A DNA stretch of 64,000 nt from a virus: the IMG/VR virus record IMGVR_UViG_3300025141_000021; one strand, 5' to 3'. Made by a program: the position numbers and the translations under genes. Positions within the stretch are counted from its first letter, which is position 1. Each line of letters begins with the position of its first letter. Under the pieces are notes generated by a model that was given only the letters and a program-made list of their open reading frames with translations, did no database searches and was not told the DNA's origin. Of the stretch, positions 30,829-38,775 are shown piece after piece.

Positions 30829-30959
30829 GCCTCCCAGCACCGGTTCTGCTCTGACGACTTCCCAGCTGTGACAAGTCGGGTTTGTCACGAACATCAGCGT
30901 CATATTCCGATCACGGCATGGATCTTAAGGCGAACACTACTTCGCCGCTGCGCGGAGGC
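30829..30959 (-). ncRNA. candidate structured RNA upstream of tRNA-Lys
   Basis: GC-rich intergenic segment; ends pair (GCCTCC..CAGC / GCTGGGAGGC); hairpins GGCGAA/TTCGCC and GTGACAA/TTGTCAC. Confidence 0.4.
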
Positions 30960-30968
30960 AGGTAAATA

Positions 30969-31274
30969 TTATTGAATTGGTTTGAGCGGGGCAACGCCGG
31001 TCGGTACTTCTCCAGAGACCATTCCACCATGTTTTGCAATAACACTATTAACCACATGTGTGGGAACATAACCATACACGGTCTCAGTGGGCCGAGACTG
31101 ATCTTCAGCCCATTCAATGATAAGTTCTTCGCGCTGAGATGGAAACCCAACTTCAACTTGAGTATATTTATCTGCTTCGTTGATACGTGGGCTACAATAA
31201 GCTCCCTCATTAGCTTGTACAGACATCGTAAATCCATCTTTACAAACAATTTTCTTATTTCGCTTTATTAGCAT
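30969..31274 (-). CDS. conserved-looking phage hypothetical protein
   Basis: CKDGFTMSVQA...YCSPR...VEVGFPS; coupled to neighbours. Confidence 0.6.
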   Translation of the reverse strand: MLIKRNKKIVCKDGFTMSVQANEGAYCSPRINEADKYTQVEVGFPSQREELIIEWAEDQSRPTETVYGYVPTHVVNSVIAKHGGMVSGEVPTGVAPLKPIQ

Positions 31275-31449
31275 TTTTCTTTCTCTTTTCGTAACTTTTT
31301 TGTGCTATTCCGCCGAAGGCGCCGCTATCTCCAAGAATATCGAGTAGCTCTTCATCTATAATTTCTCGTCGGATATTGTTTTTATCAACTTTAACATATC
31401 CTTTATCAGTCTTTACAACCATATACTCATGCATATATCTCTTTGGCAT
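31255..31449 (-). CDS. hypothetical protein sharing a C-terminal motif with its neighbour
   Basis: LLDILGDSGAFGGIAQKSYEKRKK. Confidence 0.55.
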   Translation of the reverse strand: MPKRYMHEYMVVKTDKGYVKVDKNNIRREIIDEELLDILGDSGAFGGIAQKSYEKRKKNANKAK

Positions 31450-31706
31450 TATTTCTTTTTTCTTTCTTCGTAGGATTCCTGCGCCTGTCCAGCCAGTGCG
31501 CCAATATCGCCCAAAAAATCTCGTAGTGTTTCATCGCCTCTCTTGTTTCCCGTAAAATGTTTCGGACCAACACGCATCGCATCCGGTGCATTAGGCATAT
31601 GCCCGGTTTTCATGTTCTCGCGGATCTCCTTGTCGGTGTTGCCGTATGGCGACCACCATCCCCCACCGGGTTGCAAGATTTTTCCGTCTGCATTCATTAC
31701 ACTCAT
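31449..31706 (-). CDS. hypothetical protein sharing a C-terminal motif with its neighbour
   Basis: LRDFLGDIGALAGQAQESYEERKKK. Confidence 0.55.
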   Translation of the reverse strand: MSVMNADGKILQPGGGWWSPYGNTDKEIRENMKTGHMPNAPDAMRVGPKHFTGNKRGDETLRDFLGDIGALAGQAQESYEERKKK

Positions 31707-31722
31707 GTTATTTCCTTATCTT

Positions 31723-31808
31723 TGGTAGGAGAGGCGGGATTCGAACCCGCAAGCCCGCACGGGCGGCAGATTTTGAGTCTGCTGTGTATACCGTTCCACC
31801 ACTCTCCC
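31723..31808 (-). tRNA. tRNA-Leu(CAA)
   Basis: GGGAGAG...CTCTCCT ACCA; anticodon loop CTCAAAA; long variable arm. Confidence 0.95.
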
Positions 31809-31809
31809 G

Positions 31810-32229
31810 CTATAAATCGCTTAGTTTTCTACTAAAATTGATTTTAGGTTGTAGGTTCTTTCCTGAACGGATCCAGCCAAACTCATCTTTTCGGCTATTC
31901 CAATCTACAAACAGCTCTCCCTCTGTTGTATCCAAATCCAGTTCAACTTTATCTGGAAACTGATTTGTGTTTGTTACTCTCAAATACTCGATGCCGCCAT
32001 TAACTGACACTTTGCCACAACTGCATGTTCTGTGATCATGCCTGGTCCGAGAAAATAGAATATCTTGGCATGCCTTACATTGGTATGCTTTAATAATCAT
32101 TAAGCCTAGCTTCCCGCTTCTAGGGCGGTGTTCAATTCGCGGCGAGGTTGTACTGTTTCGGTCGGGCGATACAAAAGTTCTCTCATAACAAAGCCGCTCT
32201 TTGATCCCTCTCGGCGCTTTGGGTGCCAT
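31810..32229 (-). CDS. zinc-binding phage protein (true start probably MIIKAY)
   Basis: CKAC...HDHRTCSCG...GG. Confidence 0.6.
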   Translation of the reverse strand: MAPKAPRGIKERLCYERTFVSPDRNSTTSPRIEHRPRSGKLGLMIIKAYQCKACQDILFSRTRHDHRTCSCGKVSVNGGIEYLRVTNTNQFPDKVELDLDTTEGELFVDWNSRKDEFGWIRSGKNLQPKINFSRKLSDL

Positions 32230-32456
32230 GAGTTGGTGTCCATTAGCTCCATAAACGAATTCAAAGTATAATATATGTCTCCACTATTTGTTTCTAGTCG
32301 CCAACGAGTGGCGCGGTCCTGAGATTCAATATCGTTTTCGAAAGATTTAATATCATCCATCCGAATATATGCATGATAATTTCTTCCTTTTCGCACATGT
32401 GTGAAGCTCACAAAATAGGCTCCAATTTCAGTGTCGCCCTCAACGTTAATTTTCAT
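32106..32456 (-). CDS. hypothetical protein
   Basis: Preceded by a TTGCAA-17-TATATT promoter-like sequence. Confidence 0.5.
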   Translation of the reverse strand: MKINVEGDTEIGAYFVSFTHVRKGRNYHAYIRMDDIKSFENDIESQDRATRWRLETNSGDIYYTLNSFMELMDTNSWHPKRREGSKSGFVMRELLYRPTETVQPRRELNTALEAGS

Positions 32457-32539
32457 TATAACACCTTTCTATACTCTTAATATACCAAGAATTGGCTAAG
32501 ATTGCAAGTGTTTTTTGTGTTTTTTTATTATTTATTTGG

Positions 32540-32989
32540 CTAGTGGATCGAACATAGCTTAATATTGGATTGGTTTTTTGTAACCAATTCTGAGCTACTT
32601 TGTATTTTATCGCCGCCCAAAGACCACACCATTTCAATACCAAGCTCTTCACAGACTGCCTGTTCTGGTGTGTTACTGTCCGTTCGATCTCCGCCATTGC
32701 CAAACATGTCCGGTTTAAGGCGCCTGAGAGCCTCACAGACGGTTTTATCTGTATCATCGACAGCTGAGACCTCATAAACACCCTTAATCGATTGTAGGAC
32801 CTCACAGCGCTCCTTAAAGGACATAAATATATATCCCTTCTTTCGAAGAAGCCATTTGTCGCTGTTCACAACCGCGATAACTTTGCCCAATTTTGTAGCT
32901 GCCTCAATCATTCGAATGTGGCCTATATGAATCGGATCAAATCCGCCTGAAATTATAATTGTTTTATTCATTTTTTCTCTCTCTAACAT
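32540..32989 (-). CDS. cytidylyltransferase-like (HxGH) nucleotidyltransferase, RfaE-II/TagD type
   Basis: SGGFDPIHIGH, VNSD, ER...L, NGGDR, QSSS. Confidence 0.88.
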   Translation of the reverse strand: MLEREKMNKTIIISGGFDPIHIGHIRMIEAATKLGKVIAVVNSDKWLLRKKGYIFMSFKERCEVLQSIKGVYEVSAVDDTDKTVCEALRRLKPDMFGNGGDRTDSNTPEQAVCEELGIEMVWSLGGDKIQSSSELVTKNQSNIKLCSIH

Positions 32990-33188
32990 TGTAATAGGTA
33001 ACTATTGTTCTTAAACCTTCGAAGTCTCCCTGACCTACTTTTTTTCTTAATGCTTGTGCCCTTTCTTTTGTTTCGGCATTAATAACCAAAGTCATACCTA
33101 GACCACCATTGCGAATTTTGTATGCATAATCAGGGCCCAATTCTATTTTGGCTTTAAGCATTATCCGCTTTCTTTCGAAGTCATCCAT
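32964..33188 (-). CDS. hypothetical protein
   Basis: ORF in operon context. Confidence 0.5.
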   Translation of the reverse strand: MDDFERKRIMLKAKIELGPDYAYKIRNGGLGMTLVINAETKERAQALRKKVGQGDFEGLRTIVTYYNVRERKNE

Positions 33189-33197
33189 GTTTTTGGT

Positions 33198-33500
33198 TTA
33201 TCGGGCGCGCCAGGGGGCCACAAACTCTACATGCTCTTCTAAAATGTTTCGCAAACGCTCTGTTGATACTAGCTGCAACATATCTGTTCGATAATCAATT
33301 AGACCTGGCTTTTTATTGCCTAACGATTTGTTCCACTCAGCTGCATTTTCGTGTGCTTCATCCTGATGCCACTTAATGCGAAACTGGGCCCATCCTTGTT
33401 CGTCGATCCTCTTTTGGATTATTGTTCCAAAACGCAATGCTCCTTTGTGAGAATTCATTACTAAATCATGAACTCCCATGCTCATATTCTTTTTTGTCAT
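33198..33500 (-). CDS. hypothetical protein
   Basis: ORF in operon context. Confidence 0.5.
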   Translation of the reverse strand: MTKKNMSMGVHDLVMNSHKGALRFGTIIQKRIDEQGWAQFRIKWHQDEAHENAAEWNKSLGNKKPGLIDYRTDMLQLVSTERLRNILEEHVEFVAPWRAR

Positions 33501-33997
33501 TATTTGTCCCTTTCTATTTTTTGGACTTCAATTGGTTTAAACCAAACAATCATATCGATTCCGTTTGGTTGTGAATAAAATGCGCCATTATATTTTTCTT
33601 TAATTGTGTTTAAAAGTTCAGTCCACTCTACTCCTTTGCGAAGCCCAAATACTGGATGGGCTATTTGTTCTATTAATCCTTCTGGATCTCTTTTAAGATT
33701 ATATATCATTTTTATTGGTACGTCAACAGAAAATAAATTTCTGTTACTGGCAATCATTCGTTCTGTCTTATCTGGATCTGTCGAGGGATAAAAAAACACT
33801 CTGGGTACTCTGCTAACTTCTCTTTCTCTCATAGAATATGAGCTACCATGTGTTAGAAAATATTCCGGCTCTAATACCATTTTATCATCCTTTACTTTAG
33901 AAGTATAGTGATACAAAGTAATGTGGCCGGCCTGATCGTATTCTTCCAGCTGGGTTTCAACAACCAGTTTCTTGAAACTTTCTAATAGTTTTTTCAT
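33500..33997 (-). CDS. hypothetical protein, possible ADP-ribosyltransferase-like fold
   Basis: MKKLLE leader; TLYHYT and RVFFY strands. Confidence 0.4.
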   Translation of the reverse strand: MKKLLESFKKLVVETQLEEYDQAGHITLYHYTSKVKDDKMVLEPEYFLTHGSSYSMREREVSRVPRVFFYPSTDPDKTERMIASNRNLFSVDVPIKMIYNLKRDPEGLIEQIAHPVFGLRKGVEWTELLNTIKEKYNGAFYSQPNGIDMIVWFKPIEVQKIERDK

Positions 33998-34737
33998 TTA
34001 GATTTGCCAAAATTCATGAATATCTCACCATATCGCCTTTTTGCTTCAAAAGCACTTGTTGGTGAGGTTCGCATGCGAAATACTAATTTCTTATTTTCTG
34101 GCAAAGCTGTCAGGCGATGCTTTGGGCCTTTTTTCATTTGGGTATAAAATTGTTGTCGAAGATCATCAACTGTAAAATCACTAAATGTCATGTCGACGTT
34201 ACCATCAGATTTAATATAATAAGCGTTATTGTCGACATTGTTGGGAGGCTTATAAAAAAAGCTATCCTGATTAAATTTCTTTGCTAGACTTATCCCCAAT
34301 CGTTTTAAGCTTTCGTGATCTCTGCCTCTATCTGGCCTAGCAACGATAACCACAGAGTTCTCGGGAGATTTTGTATCCACTTTAACAACAACACCCTCTT
34401 CATCTTTTACCGGTTCACCAGTATCAGGGTCGACCAGATCTTCTTTATAACCTCCAAAGGTGGGGATATATCCATATCCAGTCATTCGAATATCGGCAAG
34501 AAATTTCTTCATATTTTCGCGATTAATCTTTTTTTGTCGTATTGCTTGTTCAGCAGAACACATTTTTCCTGGAGCTAATCCTAATTCAGCCTCACAAGAT
34601 CTGTCGCTGGTTATGATGATATATCCTCTCTCTCCATAATCAGTTATAATTCTACTAAATGAGGTTTCAGAGAGTATCCGATATCCCCAACCATTTATCT
34701 TAAGATAACTGTTCCAATTTTCTAGCAATTGTTTCAT
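33994..34737 (-). CDS. hypothetical protein (DUF3293-like)
   Basis: MKQLLENW leader; IITS...N...GGY.E...ENS...KFNQDS pattern. Confidence 0.45.
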   Translation of the reverse strand: MKQLLENWNSYLKINGWGYRILSETSFSRIITDYGERGYIIITSDRSCEAELGLAPGKMCSAEQAIRQKKINRENMKKFLADIRMTGYGYIPTFGGYKEDLVDPDTGEPVKDEEGVVVKVDTKSPENSVVIVARPDRGRDHESLKRLGISLAKKFNQDSFFYKPPNNVDNNAYYIKSDGNVDMTFSDFTVDDLRQQFYTQMKKGPKHRLTALPENKKLVFRMRTSPTSAFEAKRRYGEIFMNFGKSK

Positions 34738-34752
34738 ACTATAATTACTTTT

Positions 34753-34947
34753 TTATTCTTCTTTTTTCTTTTCAACAACATTATTTAATCTAATATTATC
34801 GTATTCTGGGTGAATCTCGGACAATATCTCAATTAATCTTTCTTTTTTGTAATCTAGTGCTTCTATCAAAAAAGTCTGTTCAGTTTTGTCTTTTGTGTTG
34901 AATACAATAACTTCCCAAATATCGCCTTTTTCCATCATATGCCTCAA
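34753..34947 (-). CDS. hypothetical protein
   Basis: Short ORF downstream of tRNA-Arg. Confidence 0.45.
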   Translation of the reverse strand: MRHMMEKGDIWEVIVFNTKDKTEQTFLIEALDYKKERLIEILSEIHPEYDNIRLNNVVEKKKEE

Positions 34948-34957
34948 GTGTGATATT

Positions 34958-35034
34958 TGGTACCCTCGGCAGGATTCGAACCTGCGGCCTACGGATTAGA
35001 AGTCCGTTGCTCTATCCTGCTGAGCTACGAGGGC
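34958..35034 (-). tRNA. tRNA-Arg(UCU)
   Basis: GCCCTCG...CGAGGGT ACCA; anticodon loop CTTCTAA. Confidence 0.95.
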
Positions 35035-35426
35035 TAATATGCGTCAGTTTGCCTCATAAACTCATAAACTACAGTATTGGTGTTATCCTTTGTCCGTGAA
35101 TCAATTTCAGAATAAGCCACGTGGGTACCAGAGTGGAAGTGGCTAAAATACTTTCCGACAATTTGTTTTGCCAGGTTTAGGTTTACTTCATTGTTCTCGC
35201 CTTTCCACACAATGGTTACTATATTTTTATTGCCTTCACAATCTGTATATTCAGTTGCTTCGAACGTTGTCTTACTTTGCATGTTAATTAACTCATGGGC
35301 ATCTATCTTGCCATGATTGGCGATGGTCGTACATGCTTCTGGATAAGAAACAGTTTTGGTTGTAGTGGTTGTGGTCGCACACGCCAATAAGCCACACCAC
35401 GCAACTAATAAAATTTTATTTTTCAT
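35034..35426 (-). CDS. predicted lipoprotein
   Basis: MKNKILLVAWCGLLAC lipobox followed by a Thr run. Confidence 0.6.
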   Translation of the reverse strand: MKNKILLVAWCGLLACATTTTTTKTVSYPEACTTIANHGKIDAHELINMQSKTTFEATEYTDCEGNKNIVTIVWKGENNEVNLNLAKQIVGKYFSHFHSGTHVAYSEIDSRTKDNTNTVVYEFMRQTDAY

Positions 35427-35449
35427 AATTGTTCTCTCGTTGGTTTAAT

Positions 35450-35620
35450 TTAGAGGTTAGAATCAACTGTATCGATTTCGCTGTCTGCTGTTTCAAATAG
35501 TGACTTAATTTTGCCACCAAATTGAACAGATATCGCGATGCATACAACGGCAATTGCAACTAAGATAATGATATACTCAGTCATCCCTTGGCCTCGTTGG
35601 TTTAAAAGTTTATTTTTCAT
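35450..35620 (-). CDS. Flp/Fap type IVb pilin-like protein
   Basis: MKNKLLNQRGQG-MTEYIIILVAIAVV: G/MxEY prepilin cleavage motif and hydrophobic helix; 56 aa. Confidence 0.85.
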   Translation of the reverse strand: MKNKLLNQRGQGMTEYIIILVAIAVVCIAISVQFGGKIKSLFETADSEIDTVDSNL

Positions 35621-35639
35621 AATTGTTCTCTCGCTGGTT

Positions 35640-35716
35640 TGGTCCGGGGGGCGGGAGTTGAACCCGCACATCTTCCGCTTATAAGACGGCTGCCTTCACC
35701 ATTTGGCCACCCCCGG
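35640..35716 (-). tRNA. tRNA-Ile(UAU)
   Basis: CCGGGGG...CCCCCGG ACCA; anticodon loop CTTATAA; anticodon stem has a G-A mismatch and a wobble pair. Confidence 0.8.
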
Positions 35717-35781
35717 GTAGCAGTAATGGTGAACCCGGGTAGGCAGACACTTAGCGTCGTCAGGAAAACGTTGGCCATATC

Positions 35782-36039
35782 TTATATATTATCATCTTCT
35801 AGGGTAATTTGCAAGGGCAAATCTTCGGTTTTTTCAAAATATTTTGTATGAAGCACTACTGAAACTATGCTTTGAAGAGTTGATATCCCAAACCATATCG
35901 CACAACTAATCCACCCCATAAACGCTTGAATATTTTGTGCGTAAAATGAAATTTTAAGATTGTCGATAATAACAGCTAACATTAAAAAGTGAGCTATAAA
36001 AAATAAAGTCACTTGCAACATTCGAAATATACGCTTCAT
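35782..36039 (-). CDS. two-helix membrane protein
   Basis: Two hydrophobic segments. Confidence 0.5.
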   Translation of the reverse strand: MKRIFRMLQVTLFFIAHFLMLAVIIDNLKISFYAQNIQAFMGWISCAIWFGISTLQSIVSVVLHTKYFEKTEDLPLQITLEDDNI

Positions 36040-36042
36040 ACC

Positions 36043-36306
36043 TTATTTCTTCTTTCTACGCTTTTTCTTTCGTTTTGCCTTTTCTTTTTTGCGTATTACT
36101 TCAGGGTCCATACGCGTTTTAACGGCAAATCGATCACTCTTTCGAAGCCAGTGTATCTTAACTTGATAATCTTTGTCTTCTGATAGTTCTTTTCGCTTTT
36201 TAGCTGCATCATCAAAATTTTCATATCTGGCCACAATGTTCCACGGTGGTCCGTCTTTATGTATAAGTGGCAGAATTATTTGTTCCATATAGGGTCTCTC
36301 TTTCAT
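36043..36306 (-). CDS. hypothetical protein with poly-basic tail
   Basis: KKEKAKRKKKRRKKK C-terminus. Confidence 0.55.
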   Translation of the reverse strand: MKERPYMEQIILPLIHKDGPPWNIVARYENFDDAAKKRKELSEDKDYQVKIHWLRKSDRFAVKTRMDPEVIRKKEKAKRKKKRRKKK

Positions 36307-36442
36307 AGTCTATTATAATGCTTGGTGTGATATATATTAACTTATTTATTTGTAATATGTTGAAATTATCTGATCTCGACGAGGAAGCTTCCCTGGAGGG
36401 AAGGGGGAGGGAAGGGTGCAGGGAATCTTATTGCTATGCTGT

Positions 36443-36961
36443 TTAATTCGGAAGTAGGGTTTTAAAATATACTGTCGACCTAACTACTTGATTGTATTCC
36501 TCATCTTTGATTATCAATGTAATCATTTTGTGATCTTCGTCATCTGGGCGCCAAATAATCTGCAACGTGTTAATATCTTCTTCCCAGAACCAATCAAAAG
36601 AGTTTCCTTCATTCTTGTCTTCTGTAATGTGCAAACAATCATATTTATCTTTTGTAAGATAGCTTATTAAATTATCATACATATCTATGCCGCTGCGCAA
36701 AGTTAAATTTTCACCACACAGATATAGGCTATTTGCATTTTCAAGTTCCAAATACAAAAAACCAGAAAGTAGTTCTGTATCTACCTCTTCAAAACATCTC
36801 CATATAGCTGGTTGCAAGGCCCATGAAAGATCAGCAGGATCTGGCCAATAGCACCCTATATAAAAATATACATCGCCATAATCTGGTATCACTTCAGACG
36901 GAGGGTCCGTCTTGCAAGCGCACAATAATAATAAAAATATTAATAAATAAGCTCGATACAC
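36443..36961 (-). CDS. predicted lipoprotein
   Basis: LLLLCAC lipobox. Confidence 0.55.
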   Translation of the reverse strand: MYRAYLLIFLLLLCACKTDPPSEVIPDYGDVYFYIGCYWPDPADLSWALQPAIWRCFEEVDTELLSGFLYLELENANSLYLCGENLTLRSGIDMYDNLISYLTKDKYDCLHITEDKNEGNSFDWFWEEDINTLQIIWRPDDEDHKMITLIIKDEEYNQVVRSTVYFKTLLPN

Positions 36962-36995
36962 TCTATAGTAGATAGAAACATCGGTATAAATTATA

Positions 36996-37112
36996 TTATC
37001 TCTTTCTATTTTTTGAAGAAGCCTTCTTACGGGCTCGGCGCTTAGCGGATCCGCGTTTTCGTCGGCCTTTTCCGTGACCGTTTCCTCGATGTTGAAAATT
37101 TAATGGGCCCAT
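36996..37112 (-). CDS. 38-aa highly basic peptide (not in the ORF track)
   Basis: MGPLNFQHRGNGHGKGRRKRGSAKRRARKKASSKNRKR; AGGA upstream; consensus promoter at 37160-37188. Confidence 0.55.
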   Translation of the reverse strand: MGPLNFQHRGNGHGKGRRKRGSAKRRARKKASSKNRKR

Positions 37113-37159
37113 CTTATTTCCTTCCACCACCTTTATCTGTCATCATACCAACAAATACC

Positions 37160-37188
37160 ATTATAACCATAAGACAACTTATTGTCAA
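37160..37188 (-). promoter_or_regulatory. consensus sigma70-type promoter
   Basis: TTGACA-17 bp-TATAAT. Confidence 0.85.
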
Positions 37189-37230
37189 GAATACACTTTC
37201 TAAATCAACCATTCTATAGTAAATAGTTGA

Positions 37231-37788
37231 TTATTTATTCTTAAGTCCCGTGTCTTTCCATCCACCACGCACCCATTTGGAATTCATCAGGTGACTTAGT
37301 TCATTGGTATGCATCCATCCCAAGGCGTGACCAAATTCATGTTCCAATACTCGTTCTTGAACATCCTTTTTAAGATATATCTTGGCCCAATAAATTTCAT
37401 GAGTTTCGTTATCAACGTAAAAATGTGTAGTTGCCATATCTGTATCCAGCCCAAATGTTTCTTGCGTTACTAAGTTAATCGTTATATAGCCTTCTGGATC
37501 TGAATTTTGACATATCGACGTTGTTCTCTCGCCACGTAGATATATGCTATGATAAAATATATAATTTCTTTTGTTCCACCAGCTTATCGCTTCACGAACT
37601 TTCTTTCTATCAACCGGTGCATGTTCACATATAACAACAGTTGGTGTTCTTTTCCAGCTAGCGACCTTAGCTAATCCAGCTGGGTTAATTATTTTTACAT
37701 TATCTAGCCCTTTTATCCTAGGGGAAGTAGCTTCAGTTTGGGCTGGTATAAAACACAACAAAAGGAACAATAATACTAATTTCTTCAT
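37231..37788 (-). CDS. secreted matrixin-like (M10) zinc metallopeptidase
   Basis: Signal peptide; HEFGHALGWMH followed by a Met-turn (LMN). Confidence 0.8.
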   Translation of the reverse strand: MKKLVLLFLLLCFIPAQTEATSPRIKGLDNVKIINPAGLAKVASWKRTPTVVICEHAPVDRKKVREAISWWNKRNYIFYHSIYLRGERTTSICQNSDPEGYITINLVTQETFGLDTDMATTHFYVDNETHEIYWAKIYLKKDVQERVLEHEFGHALGWMHTNELSHLMNSKWVRGGWKDTGLKNK

Positions 37789-37790
37789 TT

Positions 37791-38267
37791 TTAATCTCCA
37801 CCATATGTTTTATATAGTTCGATATCTTCTTCATATTCCTCTTCTTGTCCTTCTATCGCGGCATCTAGTGGTTTTTTTTTGCTCCATCTCCCTTCTGGAT
37901 TAAATTTTTTTATTCCGTGTGGTGTTGGATTACCATATACATCCAAAGCAACAAATATAATTTGATCGACCGTTATAATTGTGCGTTTATCCCTCTTGTT
38001 TCTAACATGGCATCTAAGAGTTATTGAGGTTTTACCAAACTTAACAATTTCGGTTCCGAACTCAACTACATCGCCCAATACTGCAGTTGATTTAAAGTCG
38101 ATTTCCGATATATATTTTGTTACGACATTTGTAATGCCGAGTTGGCAATAAGCAAATATAAAAGCTTCTTCATCAACCCACTGCAATAACCTTCCTCCAA
38201 AGAGTGTTCCCATGGCATTGAGATCCTCAGATTTGAGCCATCGTCTTGTTCTGTATACTAGTGCCAT
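37791..38267 (-). CDS. hotdog-fold acyl-CoA thioesterase (YciA-like)
   Basis: DLNAMGTLFGGRLLQWVDE, VTKYISEIDF; start moved downstream of the tmRNA. Confidence 0.85.
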   Translation of the reverse strand: MALVYRTRRWLKSEDLNAMGTLFGGRLLQWVDEEAFIFAYCQLGITNVVTKYISEIDFKSTAVLGDVVEFGTEIVKFGKTSITLRCHVRNKRDKRTIITVDQIIFVALDVYGNPTPHGIKKFNPEGRWSKKKPLDAAIEGQEEEYEEDIELYKTYGGD

Positions 38268-38276
38268 ATTAATATT

Positions 38277-38589
38277 TGGTGGAGGTGGCGGGAATCGAAC
38301 CCGCGTCCAAAACATTTCGTTTTTCAAGTCATCCACAAGCTTGGTTTATTTTTCTAAATAAACAAAATAGTCAATTTGATTCGATCCGCCCTCATTGACA
38401 AAAGCGTATTATTCAACAATGTCCCCCTTGAACACTTGGTGGGGAACAACCAAGGATTAAGCTGCTAGAGCTAAACCGTAATCTGCGTCGTTGGCAGTTA
38501 ATTGTTTCTGAGAAAGATTTAAGTGTTAACTCAGGTTGCACTGCTTGCACTATTCAAATCCCATATCCTGTCGATACCTTGTCACCCCC
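38277..38589 (-). ncRNA. ssrA: tmRNA, tag peptide (A)ANDADYGLALAA
   Basis: 5' GGGGGTGACAAGGTATCGAC; 3' GGTTCGATTCCCGCCACCTCCACCA; tag ORF 38457-38495 after TAACT, ending in ALAA; TATAAT 7 nt upstream. Confidence 0.95.
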
Positions 38590-38775
38590 TTATATAATTA
38601 TAATGAGGGCCCGAAGGCCCCCATATAAACTTACGAAGCTGCGGATGACGAATTTCTCGCTCCATCGTCATACTATCCCCTCTTCAACAATTGCTATATC
38701 CTCTTTAGCTGGGTTCGTTAGAGGCTTGGAACCTTTTTTTACATCTGCTTCGTAAGCACCCTGTATTATCATCTA

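Noticed and set aside
35621-35671. N-terminal extension of the pilin ORF
   Set aside because: Overlaps tRNA-Ile; the real start is the ATG at 35620
35717-35790. Possible fifth tRNA upstream of tRNA-Ile (ends in CACCA on the minus strand)
   Set aside because: No T-arm or anticodon arm could be folded
38268-38336. N-terminal extension of the thioesterase ORF
   Set aside because: It runs through the tmRNA 3' end; a better start is at 38267
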